From the NCBI GenBank assembly GCA_039926685.1, contig JBDSWM010000350.1, forward strand, positions 1-59,950: a stretch of 59,950 nucleotides of DNA. The letters are read 5' to 3'. Below are positions 10,247-20,421 of the stretch, one piece after another; positions within the stretch are counted from its first letter, which is position 1; each line of letters opens with the position of its first letter. Source of the stretch: Fibrobacteria bacterium (GTDB lineage: Bacteria; Fibrobacterota; Fibrobacteria; UBA11236). A model generated the notes under the pieces. The model was given only the letters and a program-made list of their open reading frames with translations. It was not told where the DNA came from and made no database searches. The position numbers were made by a program, and so were the translations under genes.

Positions 10247-10639
10247 TTAAGCCGCAGCGCGAGCGTTATCCCCTTCGGCCACACGGAACAAGGCTTCCAA
10301 CGATTCCAGGAAGCGCCCGTCATAACGGACCCGGGGATTGGATATGCGGCTCCACTTGAAAACCTGGCTGCGTTTGCCATCCGGGGAGTGGCCCTTCAAG
10401 AAGTAATCGCGGCCATAATGGTAGATCTCGTCTACGTTCGCCTCTACGGGCGAAGGCGCCGCCGCTCCTTCGGTATGGTATTGGAATGTCAGCAGGATCG
10501 GGGTGCCATAATAATCCCCGATGCGGCGGTAACGGGCCGTATCCAAGGAACTGGAGCGCATCCGCGCCATGTATTTCCGATAGAAACTGATTCCCAGGAA
10601 AAGGCTCAAAGCCGCGAAGGCCAGGGAGAGAAGCAGCAT
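10247..10639 (-). CDS. single-pass membrane protein with WYL-like domain
   Basis: N-terminal TM helix MLLLSLAFAALSLFLGISF. The C-terminal segment ILLTFQYH...GRDYFLKGHSPDGKRSQVFKWSRISNPRV matches the WYL-domain pattern (l.l.Y ... WYL ... g..R.Fr.dRI) by eye only. Confidence 0.5.
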   Translation of the reverse strand: MLLLSLAFAALSLFLGISFYRKYMARMRSSSLDTARYRRIGDYYGTPILLTFQYHTEGAAAPSPVEANVDEIYHYGRDYFLKGHSPDGKRSQVFKWSRISNPRVRYDGRFLESLEALFRVAEGDNARAAA

Positions 10640-10703
10640 GAACCTATAATAAGGCGCCGATTGGAAAACTCAATGGGAACTTTCATCCCCTTTTCGGTTT
10701 TTC

Positions 10704-12524
10704 TCAAAAAACTATGGATTGGGTCACGGACAGCCCCTTAGATCCCGATCGGGAACGCACCCGCACCAGATAGAGGCCGGGATCATGGCCCGGATGCGCC
10801 AAATGTACAGCTTCCGAGCCGAAACCGGAATTTCTCGCCAATTCTTTACCCATCGGATCGAACAGGATGGCTTCGAAACCCGAACCCGCGCCGCATCCGC
10901 CCGGAACCGAACCACAGCGTGCTGTAACTTCCAATGTACTGGCCGGGCCTGGAAAGACGCGCATGGCCAGGGACGGCCCTATACCGGGTTCTTCCGCTGC
11001 CAAGCGGACAGCCACGGAATTCCAATTTTTCTCGGACATGACGTTCAAGGTGTACCAGGCTTCATTGTTCCATAATAACTTGCCGCCGGAGGAGACCACC
11101 CCGTTGACGCGTACGTATATCATGCGGTCGGTTTTCAGGGAATCGATTTTCAGATGGACGCGCCGGCGATCCTTTGATGGCTCGGCCAGCAGCACGGCCA
11201 GAGACTCATCATCCTGCTTGCCTAACCCGTATTCCTTTTGCCGGATATATTGCGTGGACTTGACCGTGAAATGCTCCGGCCGGATGGAATCGGGATTCAC
11301 CGGTTGGGTGAACTCCAGCTCCAGGCCGTCATTGTAAGAACGCACCGCCTTGATATCGAAGGCCGATCCCTGGCTTTTAGCGGTCAATTTATAGAGCGGG
11401 GATTTGTCTCCGGAGGGCCAATTGCCTCCGATCTGGACCACCGTGCCGATCACGATACCACCGTCCGGCGCTTCCACCAGGCGGTTGATGGCGGAAACCC
11501 CCGTGCCGCGGGAAAACATGAACACGGCGCCGTTGTATTCTTCGCCCACCTTGTCCAGGGATACGCGCACCAATCCGGGATTGTTGACGTCACCAATTAT
11601 CCAATCGCCCGAAAAAGTGCCTTTGCGCAACAGGATGGGTTGGCTCGGCGAGCAACGCACCGATCCATAGGGCAGCCAGGCGACGGGCGGATCGTAAGGG
11701 AGGCTTTCGGCGAAGTTGGGCGCATGCGTCCCCAATACGTTCCCCTCCTCATCGACATCCGGCGAACTTTGGCGATGGCCGTAAAACCGGCCCTTGCGGA
11801 TGCGCATGAAGGTTGAGGCGGGCAGCCAGCTGCCCTGATTGTCGGTGACGAAAATGTCCCCGGTTGCGGGGTCGGCATTCGCCCCGTTGGGCGAACGCAG
11901 CCCCCCGGCGAGGGCTTGCAAGTTTCCCTGCGCGTCCCATTTCAGGAAAGCGCCGCTGAATCTGGAGGTTGGATCCACATTGGACCACCCCCCCGTGCGG
12001 ATGGATCCGGAATAGGGCGCGTAAAAGGAGCCTTCCATATACAAGGGGGTGAAAACCCATTGGTGGAAATAGGCGCCGAAGTTCCATTTGTCTTCATTCG
12101 GCCACTCCACCATCAGTTTGCGATTGGCCTTGAGATCCTCCGGATTGATAAGGTTCGGTATCTCGTAAAAAGCGTCGCGATCGGAAACGTATAGGCGGCC
12201 CTCCGCCACGGTGACGCCGGAAAGCTGATGCCAATAATTGGAGACCTCCTTGATCTGGGCCGGCAGGGTATCGGTGGATAGGCCCTTGATCAGGTATACC
12301 TTGCCGTTGACATCCAATTCCGGAACTTCGCCCATGAGCAGCAATTCGGTGGTGGCCAGCGCCAGGGTGCCATCCTCGAAGAATGCCATGCCCATGGTCT
12401 TGAATTGCATCGGCATGCGGATTTCAGCGATATTATAGTCCGGATGCGCCGCCTCGGGGATCGCGGCGGGAATCGAGGATGGAATCAAAAGAATTGCCAG
12501 GAAGGCGCGCAGCGTGTTTTTCAT
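10704..12524 (-). CDS. secreted beta-propeller (glucose/sorbosone-dehydrogenase-like) protein with T9SS/FlgD-Ig-like C-terminal sorting domain
   Basis: Signal peptide from the ATG at 12524 (MKNTLRAFLAILLIPSSIPAAIPEA). DNQGSWLPASTFMRIRKGRFYGH-type motif of membrane-bound dehydrogenase-like propellers. The C-terminal ~70 aa (...GLYLVRVRSRSGSKGLSVTQSIVF) resemble a sorting CTD. The ORF-track start at 12581 is probably too far upstream. Confidence 0.65.
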   Translation of the reverse strand: MKNTLRAFLAILLIPSSIPAAIPEAAHPDYNIAEIRMPMQFKTMGMAFFEDGTLALATTELLLMGEVPELDVNGKVYLIKGLSTDTLPAQIKEVSNYWHQLSGVTVAEGRLYVSDRDAFYEIPNLINPEDLKANRKLMVEWPNEDKWNFGAYFHQWVFTPLYMEGSFYAPYSGSIRTGGWSNVDPTSRFSGAFLKWDAQGNLQALAGGLRSPNGANADPATGDIFVTDNQGSWLPASTFMRIRKGRFYGHRQSSPDVDEEGNVLGTHAPNFAESLPYDPPVAWLPYGSVRCSPSQPILLRKGTFSGDWIIGDVNNPGLVRVSLDKVGEEYNGAVFMFSRGTGVSAINRLVEAPDGGIVIGTVVQIGGNWPSGDKSPLYKLTAKSQGSAFDIKAVRSYNDGLELEFTQPVNPDSIRPEHFTVKSTQYIRQKEYGLGKQDDESLAVLLAEPSKDRRRVHLKIDSLKTDRMIYVRVNGVVSSGGKLLWNNEAWYTLNVMSEKNWNSVAVRLAAEEPGIGPSLAMRVFPGPASTLEVTARCGSVPGGCGAGSGFEAILFDPMGKELARNSGFGSEAVHLAHPGHDPGLYLVRVRSRSGSKGLSVTQSIVF

Positions 12525-12620
12525 GGAGCCAGATGAATATACCCCATCCCCGGGGAAAAGTTCCGCCAATTGTTTTTCCATTTCGGTGTAGGAACGTACC
12601 GTTGGCCCAAGATCCCCGCA

Positions 12621-13889
12621 TCAAACCAGGTTTTTGGGGACCAGTTCGAATTGGAGGATGGCCTCGAAGGTTTGGCGTTCCCGGATCACATCCACGCTGC
12701 TTTCCTGGATCAAGACTTCGGCTGCAAGCTTGCGCGTATTGTAGTTGGAAGACATGGCTGCCCCGTATGCCCCGGCATCGTGCAGTATCAGGTAATCCCC
12801 GACCACCGCTTCGGGAAGCTTGCGGGTGGTCACCACGCCGCCTTCCTCCTGTGTGAACACGTCGCCGGATTCGCACAAAGGCCCGGCCACGATGGTGTCG
12901 AAAGCGTTCCCCACCGTGCGCCCGTCGGCGGCGCAGATGGAAATCTCATGGTACGCGCCGTACATGGCGGGCCGGATCAGGGTATCGAAGCCCGCGTCAA
13001 CCAGGTAAAAACGGTTGCCTCCGGAATTCTTCACGGAACGGATCTGAGTCAGCAGGGAGCAGGACTCCGCCACCAGGTAACGCCCCGGTTCCACTTCCAA
13101 TCCCACGGGATGCCCCAGCTCTTTTTCTATGGCCTTGCGGGCCTTGTCCCAAAGCCCGTGATAGGCCGCGATATCGATGCGAGCCTGCTCCTTATGGTAC
13201 GGGATCGGCAGGCCGCCTCCGGCGCTGATCACGCGGAGTTGCGGCCCCATGCGCTTGGCCGCCTTCACCATGGCGTCGCAAACCGTGGACAGATGCTGAT
13301 AGTCGCTGCCCGATCCGATATGCATATGCAGGCCCTGGATGTTCACGCCGGCTTCCGCGCCCAGGCGCAGGCATTCCTCCAGGTCCGAATGCCAGATGCC
13401 GTGCTTGGAATAGCTGCCGCCGGTATTCACCTTGCGCGAATGCCCGTGTCCGAACCCGGGGTTGATGCGCAGGGTCACTTCCGCGCCGGGAAGGATTTTT
13501 CCCAACTGGCCGATCATATCCGGAGAACCCACATTGACGGGGATATTATGCTCTTTGATCATCCGCGCCGCGTCTTCATCGAACAGATCGGCCGTGAACA
13601 CGATCCCGGGAACCGAAGAGCCATCCTGATGGGCGGAATATCCGACCTTCAGGGCGCGGTGGATCTCCCCGGCCGAAACCGCGTCCACAACAACCCCGTT
13701 CTTGCGCATCAACGCCAGGATGGCGAGATTGGAGCAGGCTTTCTGGGCGAAGCGGATCACCTCGAAAGCCTTCAATTCGGCAATGCGTTTCTCGATCACG
13801 GCCTTTTCGTAGATGAAGGTGGGCGTGCCGAATTGTTGCGCCAATTGCGGTATCGGCGACGGGCCGATATGGGTGATCAAATTCTTCAT
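12621..13889 (-). CDS. lysA: diaminopimelate decarboxylase
   Basis: FGTPTFIYEK, the PLP-lysine region FAQKACSN, HMHIGSG and GPLCESGD motifs. Confidence 0.95.
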   Translation of the reverse strand: MKNLITHIGPSPIPQLAQQFGTPTFIYEKAVIEKRIAELKAFEVIRFAQKACSNLAILALMRKNGVVVDAVSAGEIHRALKVGYSAHQDGSSVPGIVFTADLFDEDAARMIKEHNIPVNVGSPDMIGQLGKILPGAEVTLRINPGFGHGHSRKVNTGGSYSKHGIWHSDLEECLRLGAEAGVNIQGLHMHIGSGSDYQHLSTVCDAMVKAAKRMGPQLRVISAGGGLPIPYHKEQARIDIAAYHGLWDKARKAIEKELGHPVGLEVEPGRYLVAESCSLLTQIRSVKNSGGNRFYLVDAGFDTLIRPAMYGAYHEISICAADGRTVGNAFDTIVAGPLCESGDVFTQEEGGVVTTRKLPEAVVGDYLILHDAGAYGAAMSSNYNTRKLAAEVLIQESSVDVIRERQTFEAILQFELVPKNLV

Positions 13890-13938
13890 GAGCGGGGAAT
13901 CCTCCGAAGAGGAAAGTTAGCAAACAAGCGGCGGGGCT

Positions 13939-14184
13939 TCAGGCCGGCTTTGGCGGCGGCGGTTCGCTTTCCGACTGGCTTTCCGCCTTTTTCTTCCCGG
14001 TTTTGTCCAAAGAGTATTTGGCGATCATGTAGGTTTCCAGCAGGGTCACGCCTTCGGTCATCAGCTTTTCCAGCCTTGCCACTTGGAAGAACAAGCTCAG
14101 GAAATACAGGCCCAGGCAGAATATCAACAAGCCGAGGATGATGGACATGGGGGGATTATAAGAATAAGGAAGGGTCGGGGACAA
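13939..14184 (-). CDS. small hypothetical membrane protein
   Basis: One TM helix (MSIILGLLIFCLGLYFLSLFF) followed by a charged tail. Lies between the asd terminator and lysA. The start is uncertain (M1 or M13). Confidence 0.4.
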   Translation of the reverse strand: MSPTLPYSYNPPMSIILGLLIFCLGLYFLSLFFQVARLEKLMTEGVTLLETYMIAKYSLDKTGKKKAESQSESEPPPPKPA

Positions 14185-14236
14185 GAGAGGTTCGGGATGA
14201 AGAAGGGGTCAGGGGCTGGCACTTCCCGTTTTCCAA

Positions 14237-14271
14237 CCAAAAAAAAGAAAAGGACTGGGTTGCCCCAGTCC
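14237..14271 (-). terminator. rho-independent terminator after asd
   Basis: On the minus strand: GGACTGGG-GCAA-CCCAGTCC, followed by TTTTCTTTTTTTTGG. Confidence 0.8.
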
Positions 14272-14330
14272 CACCCTAACCCCTAATCACAAGCCCCTAA
14301 CCCCTTAACTAAGTCAGGTTTACCACGGTC

Positions 14331-15332
14331 TTACTTCTTAAACAGCTTCTCCGCGATTTGCACCGCGTTCAGCGCCGCACCTTTGCGGATCTGATCCCCC
14401 ACCACCCAGATGTCCAGGGTTTTGGGCTGGGTTCCGTCCTTGCGCACGCGGCCCACCAATACGGGATCCCTTCCCGAAGCGTCCAAAGGCATGGCCCAGC
14501 GGTTCTTGGCGCGATCCTCCATCACCTCCACGCCTTCCATGGCGCGCAGGATGGCGTAGACCTCCTCGATATCGGGCTCTTTCTCGAACTCCACGTTCAA
14601 GGCCTCAGAATGGGCGCGCAGCACCGGCACTCGCACGCAGGTGGCGGTCACGCGGATGCTCTCGTCATGGAAGATCTTGCGGGTTTCGTTGACCATCTTG
14701 AGCTCTTCCTCGCAATACCCGTTGGGGGTCATGGGCGAGTTGTGGGGGAAGAGGTTGAATGCGTATGGGTGCGGGATCACGGTGCGATTGAAATCCTCGC
14801 CCTTGAGATAAGCTGCGGTTTCGCTCACCAATTCGTCCATGGCCACGGCGCCGGCCCCGCTGGCGGCCTGATAGGTGGCGGCCACTATGCGCTTGATCTT
14901 GTAACGCTTATGCAATGGCCAGAGCGGCAGGGCCATGATGATGGTGGAGCAATTGGGATTGGCGATGATGCCTTTGTGCTTGAAAATATCCTCCGGATTG
15001 ACCTCGGGAATCACCAAGGGCACGCCTTCCGTCATGCGGAAGTGGGAAGTATTGTCCACCACCACGGCCCCGGCCTTTACCGCCGAGGGCGCGTATTCCT
15101 TGCTGATCTTTCCGCCGGCCGAGGCGAGCACCAAATCGATGCCCTGGAAAGAGTTGTGCGTCAACTCCTGGACTTTAATGTCCTCATCCTGGAATTGCAG
15201 GGTTTTTCCGGCCGAACGGGCCGAAGCCAGCAAGCGCAACTCGGAAATCGGGAATTTCCGATCGGCGAGGATGTCCAAGAGTTCTGTTCCCACCGCGCCG
15301 GTGGCTCCCATTATCGCGACCTTGATTCCCAT
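14331..15332 (-). CDS. asd: aspartate-semialdehyde dehydrogenase
   Basis: [19 protein letters not shown] Rossmann N-terminus, active-site NPNCSTI, 333 aa. Confidence 0.95.
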   Translation of the reverse strand: MGIKVAIMGATGAVGTELLDILADRKFPISELRLLASARSAGKTLQFQDEDIKVQELTHNSFQGIDLVLASAGGKISKEYAPSAVKAGAVVVDNTSHFRMTEGVPLVIPEVNPEDIFKHKGIIANPNCSTIIMALPLWPLHKRYKIKRIVAATYQAASGAGAVAMDELVSETAAYLKGEDFNRTVIPHPYAFNLFPHNSPMTPNGYCEEELKMVNETRKIFHDESIRVTATCVRVPVLRAHSEALNVEFEKEPDIEEVYAILRAMEGVEVMEDRAKNRWAMPLDASGRDPVLVGRVRKDGTQPKTLDIWVVGDQIRKGAALNAVQIAEKLFKK

Positions 15333-15587
15333 ACTGTTTCCCTTTTACCTTTTGCCCTTTTGTCACTTGCGATCGCGTCATGCCTAGCAGCCCGCCGGAA
15401 CCGGCGATCCGCCTCGCTCCCCGCCCTCGTCGGCCTTGTGCCGCGCCCTGCAACCGTGGCCCGCAAGCATGATCCCATGCCTGTAGGTATGCGGGAAAAA
15501 TTAGTAAAATTGTTCCCGGTGCCCCCAGCCGTAACAGGGGCCGGTCCCTTATCAAACGGTCGGGGTTTTTCCACGCAGGCGAGGCAT

Positions 15588-18488
15588 ATGGAATTGAGCG
15601 TTCACAACAGTGGAGTATTCGTGTCCAGGCATATCGGTCCGGATGAGGGCCAAATCCGGGACATGCTGAAGGTGGTAGGCGCGGACAGCCTCGAGGATCT
15701 TGCGCGGAAAACCGTACCCGCATCCATCCGCTTAGCCGCTCCCTTGGATTTGCCCGCCTGGGAGAATGAACACCGTTTCCTCCAGGAAGCGCGCGCGCTG
15801 GCCGCCGGCAACAAAGTACTCAAGACCCATATCGGCGCCGGCTATTACGACGTGGTATTGCCCGGTGTCATACAGCGTAACATCCTTGAGAATCCGGGCT
15901 GGTACACCGCCTATACCCCTTACCAGGCCGAGATCGCCCAAGGCCGTCTCGAGGCGCTCATCAATTTTCAGACCATGGTGATGGACTTGACGGGCATGGA
16001 GATCGCCAACGCCTCCCTGCTCGACGAAGGCACCGCCGCCGCCGAAGCCATGGCCATGTTCTTCGCCATCCGGGAGGACGAAACCGCCAAGATCTTCTTC
16101 GCGTCCCAGCGCTGCCATCCGCAAACCCTGGACGTCTTGCGCACGCGCGCCGAACCCCTGGGGATCGAACTCGTCATCGGAGACGAAGTCTCTCTCGCCA
16201 ACGGGAAGGTCGCCGGCGCATTCGGATCCCTTATCCAATATCCGGACACCTTTGGGAACGTCTCCGCATATGCGGATCTGGTATCCAAGGCCCATGCCGC
16301 AGGCATCAAGGTGGCCGTCGCCACCGATTTGCTGGCCCTGGTCCTATTGGCTTCCCCCGGATCCTTCGGCGCCGATATCGCGATCGGATCCGCGCAGCGT
16401 TTCGGCGTACCCATGGGATTCGGCGGACCGCATGCCGCTTTTTTCGCCACGCGCGAGGCTTTCAAACGCTTTATGCCCGGGCGCATCATCGGCGCCACCA
16501 TCGACGCGCACGGTCAGCGCGCCTATCGCATGGCCCTGCAAACCCGCGAGCAGCATATCCGCCGCGACAAGGCCACCAGCAATATCTGCACGTCCCAGGT
16601 TCTGCTCGCCGTCATGGCTGGAATGTACGCCGTGTACCACGGCCCGCGCGGCCTCGCGGCCATCGCCTCGCGCGTGCATGCCCTGGCGCGCGCGCTCGAG
16701 AAAGGGCTGGCCTCGCTCGGTTGCAAGCAAGGCAACGGCGCCTATTTCGATACCCTTCTCATCACTCTCCCCGATGCGGCCGTGCTTCCCAGCCTCAAGT
16801 CCGAATCAGTGGCGGCGGGCCGCAACTTCCGTTACCTGGAAAACGCCAAGACCGGCGCCATCGGGATCAGCTTGGATGAAACCACCACCTCCCGGGACAT
16901 CGAGGACATCGTAGCCATCTTCGCTGCGGCGATGGATCGTCCCAAGCCCGATGCCAAGGCCTCCGAAGGATGGTCACGGGGACTGGCCTTGGATTGGAGC
17001 GCGGCCCTGCTCAGGAAGGGTGCCATCCTTACGCATCCGGTATTCAACAGCCATCGCAGCGAAACGGAAATGCTCCGCTACATCAAATCCCTGGAGAACA
17101 AGGATCTGTCCCTCAACACCTCCATGATCGCGCTCGGCTCCTGCACCATGAAGCTGAATGCCACTGCGGAAATGATCCCGCTTACCTGGCCGGAATTCGG
17201 CAACATCCATCCCTTCGCACCGGAAGATCAGACCATGGGCTACCGCCGCCTGTTCCAGGATTTGGAAAGGGATCTCGCGGCCGTCACCGGCCTGCCGGGG
17301 GTATCCCTGCAGCCCAATGCCGGATCGCAAGGCGAATACGCGGGCCTGATGGTCATCCGCGCCTACCACAAGAACCGCGGCGAAAGCCATCGCGACATAT
17401 GCCTCATCCCCGTTTCCGCGCATGGCACCAACCCCGCCAGCGCCGTGATGGCGGGCCTCAAAGTGGTGCTGGTCCAGTGCGACGCCAAGGGCAACATCGA
17501 TATATCCGATCTGAAAAAACAGGCCGAGGCGCATAAGGCCAAGCTCAACAGCCTGATGGCCACCTACCCTTCCACCCATGGGGTGTTCGAAGAAGGCATC
17601 AAGGACGTGTGCCGCATCGTGCATGAAAACGGCGGCCAGGTGTATATGGACGGCGCCAACATGAACGCGCAGGTGGGCCTATGCAGCCCCGGCACCATCG
17701 GCGCGGACGTGTGCCATCTCAACCTGCACAAGACTTTCTGCATCCCGCATGGCGGCGGCGGACCTGGCATGGGCCCCATTTGCGTGGCCGCGCATCTGGC
17801 GCCCTTCCTCCCCGGCCATGCCGTGGTGAAAACGGGAGGCGACAAGGCCATCCCCGCCATTTCCGCGGGGCCATGGGGCAGCGCGAGCATCCTCACCATA
17901 TCCTGGGCCTATATCCGCATGATGGGCGGCAAGAACCTGACGCGCGCCACCGAGGTCGCCATCCTGAATGCCAATTACATGATGAAGCGGCTGGAAAGCC
18001 ATTACCCCGTGCTATACGTAGGCAGCAACGGCACCGTGGCGCATGAGATGATCTTGGACTGCCGCAAGTTCAAGCAAAGCGCCGGCATCGAAGTGGAAGA
18101 CATCGCCAAGCGTCTGATGGACTACGGCTTCCACGCACCGACGGTTTCTTTTCCGGTGGCGGGCACCCTGATGATCGAACCCACAGAAAGCGAGTCCCAG
18201 CCGGAAATGGATCGCTTTTGCGACGCGCTCATCGCCATCCGGAAGGAAATAGCGGAAGTGGAAGCGGGCAAGGCCGATCGCGCCGACAATGTGCTGAAGA
18301 ACGCGCCGCATACGGCAGCGCATGCCTTGGAAGACAAGTGGGCACATCCGTATACGCGCGAACAAGCCGTGTATCCGTTGGCCTGGGTCAAAGCCAATAA
18401 GTTCTGGCCCAGCGTGGGACGCCTCAACGCCGCATATGGGGACAAGAACCTGATGTGCGCGTGCCCGCCGATGCAGGATTACGCCTAA
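15588..18488 (+). CDS. gcvP: glycine dehydrogenase (decarboxylating), single-chain P protein
   Basis: Begins [40 protein letters not shown] and the PLP site [16 protein letters not shown]. The ORF-track start at 14358 is an in-frame read-through across the antisense of asd and is not credible. Confidence 0.95.
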   Translation: MELSVHNSGVFVSRHIGPDEGQIRDMLKVVGADSLEDLARKTVPASIRLAAPLDLPAWENEHRFLQEARALAAGNKVLKTHIGAGYYDVVLPGVIQRNILENPGWYTAYTPYQAEIAQGRLEALINFQTMVMDLTGMEIANASLLDEGTAAAEAMAMFFAIREDETAKIFFASQRCHPQTLDVLRTRAEPLGIELVIGDEVSLANGKVAGAFGSLIQYPDTFGNVSAYADLVSKAHAAGIKVAVATDLLALVLLASPGSFGADIAIGSAQRFGVPMGFGGPHAAFFATREAFKRFMPGRIIGATIDAHGQRAYRMALQTREQHIRRDKATSNICTSQVLLAVMAGMYAVYHGPRGLAAIASRVHALARALEKGLASLGCKQGNGAYFDTLLITLPDAAVLPSLKSESVAAGRNFRYLENAKTGAIGISLDETTTSRDIEDIVAIFAAAMDRPKPDAKASEGWSRGLALDWSAALLRKGAILTHPVFNSHRSETEMLRYIKSLENKDLSLNTSMIALGSCTMKLNATAEMIPLTWPEFGNIHPFAPEDQTMGYRRLFQDLERDLAAVTGLPGVSLQPNAGSQGEYAGLMVIRAYHKNRGESHRDICLIPVSAHGTNPASAVMAGLKVVLVQCDAKGNIDISDLKKQAEAHKAKLNSLMATYPSTHGVFEEGIKDVCRIVHENGGQVYMDGANMNAQVGLCSPGTIGADVCHLNLHKTFCIPHGGGGPGMGPICVAAHLAPFLPGHAVVKTGGDKAIPAISAGPWGSASILTISWAYIRMMGGKNLTRATEVAILNANYMMKRLESHYPVLYVGSNGTVAHEMILDCRKFKQSAGIEVEDIAKRLMDYGFHAPTVSFPVAGTLMIEPTESESQPEMDRFCDALIAIRKEIAEVEAGKADRADNVLKNAPHTAAHALEDKWAHPYTREQAVYPLAWVKANKFWPSVGRLNAAYGDKNLMCACPPMQDYA

Positions 18489-19372
18489 GGCGACCCCGGA
18501 TTGCGCCGGCTTAGGAAATCGATCAATGTCGCCGTTTCCGCCTTTTTCCTGCCGATGGCGCGAAAAATCGCGGAAACGTCCCGATGGAGCGGGGGATCTT
18601 CGAAGTAACGGAATCCCAGGTCCCCGTCGCCGGCGGGAAGGGTGAATTCCGGGACCAGGGCGATGCCCATTCCCTCGCGGACCATGTGTAGAATCCACCC
18701 TTCATCGTTGCTCCGGTAGGTTGCGTAAAGGGGCAATTCCCGTTGCAGGCAAACCGCCCTTAGGTTCTCCCGGAGCTCGCAATTCAATCGATCCAGATAG
18801 GGCTCGCGCTGGATATCCTGGAGAGTGACTTTTTTCAGCTTGGCCAAGCGATGCGATTTCGGGAACGCCACTCCATAGCGTTCCCGGTATAGATGCTGGA
18901 GGGCGAAAGCCTTTCCCGGGGGTTCCTCGGGGGCGCTCACCGCTACATCAATGGCGTCCGATTCCAGCCTTGCCAACAGGTCGCTTTCGGGCTTGAGGAC
19001 GATTTCCACTTCCACTTCGGGATGCTCCCTTTGGAACAGCGCCAATTGAGGCGCCAGTCTGCGTGCGCCGATGGTCTGCATGAGTCCGATCCGCAAAGGC
19101 CTTTTCTTCAAGCGCACGAACCGCACGGCGTCAGACCTGATCGCCAGGGATTGATCCTGGATATTGCGCAATCCGGGTTCGAGTATCCGGCCCAGCTCGG
19201 TTAGGCTGCATCCGCCGCGATCGCGTTGGAAAAGCCTGCCTCCCAGTTCCTCCTCCAGTTTGCCGATCGCTTGTGTCAGGGAAGGTTGGGAGACGCAAGC
19301 CGCATGCGCCGCGCGGGTGAAATTGCCCGTTTCGCAAACTAATAGGAAATACCGCATCTGATGCATTTCCAT
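18485..19372 (-). CDS. LysR-family transcriptional regulator
   Basis: N-terminal w[45 protein letters not shown]. LysR substrate-binding C-terminus. SD GAGGAG lies 6 nt before the ATG at 19372. Stop codons overlap gcvP tail-to-tail. Confidence 0.9.
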   Translation of the reverse strand: MEMHQMRYFLLVCETGNFTRAAHAACVSQPSLTQAIGKLEEELGGRLFQRDRGGCSLTELGRILEPGLRNIQDQSLAIRSDAVRFVRLKKRPLRIGLMQTIGARRLAPQLALFQREHPEVEVEIVLKPESDLLARLESDAIDVAVSAPEEPPGKAFALQHLYRERYGVAFPKSHRLAKLKKVTLQDIQREPYLDRLNCELRENLRAVCLQRELPLYATYRSNDEGWILHMVREGMGIALVPEFTLPAGDGDLGFRYFEDPPLHRDVSAIFRAIGRKKAETATLIDFLSRRNPGSP

Positions 19373-19392
19373 TCCAATCTCCTCACGCATAT

Positions 19393-19407
19393 ATAGGTTA
19401 AACCTAT
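19393..19407. promoter_or_regulatory. LysR-type T-N11-A box (ATAGG-N5-CCTAT palindrome) in the divergent promoter region
   Basis: ATAGGTTAAACCTAT read directly. A further TATAGG half-site lies 8 nt downstream. Located between the LysR gene and the divergent His-rich protein gene. Confidence 0.55.
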
Positions 19408-19498
19408 TTAAATATAGGAAGATTGTATTTCCAATTCCCTTTTATGCGTAATACATTGGCATAAGCTGCGAATATCCGCAAGCTGAAAAGAGGTCGAC

Positions 19499-20035
19499 AT
19501 GTTCAAGATACGTGCGCTCGCCACTCTGGCAACCCTGGTTTCAACGGCCGCAGCCCACAGCACCGTCATCCCTGAAAAAACGCCGAAGACGTCGGTCTCA
19601 AGTGCGGAGCCCAAAACCTCCGCTGGCGCTCAACCTGAGCACCACCACCATCACAACTCCGAAGCGGCAAACACGGTGAAGGTTGTGGACGGGATTCGTG
19701 CCGAGTTCGACATGATGGAGATTTCGGCTCATAAGGCTATGGCTGACGAGATGGGGATCAAGTGGACTCCCGATCCGACGAAAAACTTTCACGTCAGCGT
19801 GACACTGGCAAACGAAAAAGACGGAGAGGCGCTGCGAGACATTCCCGTGCACCTTTCAGTGACTGACCCTGACGGACACCTTACTGAAAAATCGGCAGAG
19901 GTAATGTCGGCGCCAGGAATGTACCACTACGGAATTGACTTTCAGCGAAGCGCGCCGGGCGTCTACCACGCAGTAGCCTCATTTGAGCTCGCAGGACAGC
20001 CGCACAAAGTTCAGGCCGAACTGCATTTACACTAA
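19499..20035 (+). CDS. secreted His-rich protein (possible metal-binding beta-sandwich, YtkA/FixH-like)
   Basis: Signal peptide MFKIRALATLATLVSTAAAHS. EHHHHHNSE tract. Predicted beta-rich C-terminus. GC and codon usage are lower than in the flanking genes. Confidence 0.6.
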   Translation: MFKIRALATLATLVSTAAAHSTVIPEKTPKTSVSSAEPKTSAGAQPEHHHHHNSEAANTVKVVDGIRAEFDMMEISAHKAMADEMGIKWTPDPTKNFHVSVTLANEKDGEALRDIPVHLSVTDPDGHLTEKSAEVMSAPGMYHYGIDFQRSAPGVYHAVASFELAGQPHKVQAELHLH

Positions 20036-20421
20036 GTCGGCTGGGAGACTAGGAAAAGTAAATACCGCCCAGCGACCCCAGGTGCGGGCCGCTGCCGTTG
20101 GCCCCGCCCTGAGGTCATGCGAAACCCCTAACTTCGCGAATCGCGCTAAGGCCTCGTTAGCATACCCACTTTCAATGCGCCATTCGTCTAACGGAGGGGA
20201 TGGAAGGGGTTTCTTTCCTTGGCAGCTGACCCAGTCCAAAGCGGGGCTCGCGCTGGGTGCCGGGGGCATGTAAATGGGGGGTTGGAATTAAGGCGTGATG
20301 AAGAATATCCGGATTTAAAAGGCCCTGTTCGCCACTCACTGAGCCTGGCTCCTGCGGGGAATACGCTTGCGGATTGGGAACGACCGAGGCGAGGCGAAAG
20401 AAAGCCAGCGATCATCTCGGA

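Noticed and set aside
14358-15587. N-terminal 410 codons of the 1376-aa ORF that the track joins to gcvP
   Set aside because: This part is the antisense of asd plus the intergenic region. GcvP homology begins at the ATG at 15588 ([18 protein letters not shown]).
15333-15587. Possible glycine riboswitch upstream of gcvP
   Set aside because: I looked for the conserved GGAGAG ... CACCG/ACCGAAGGGGCAA ... CUCAGGCAAAAGGAC elements and did not find them. An Infernal scan with RF00504 would settle it.
18485-18488. LysR gene adjacent to gcvP as a GcvA-type regulator of the glycine cleavage genes
   Set aside because: The gene is convergent with gcvP. Its T-N11-A box lies in the promoter shared with the divergent His-rich protein gene, so a GcvA role is not supported by the arrangement.
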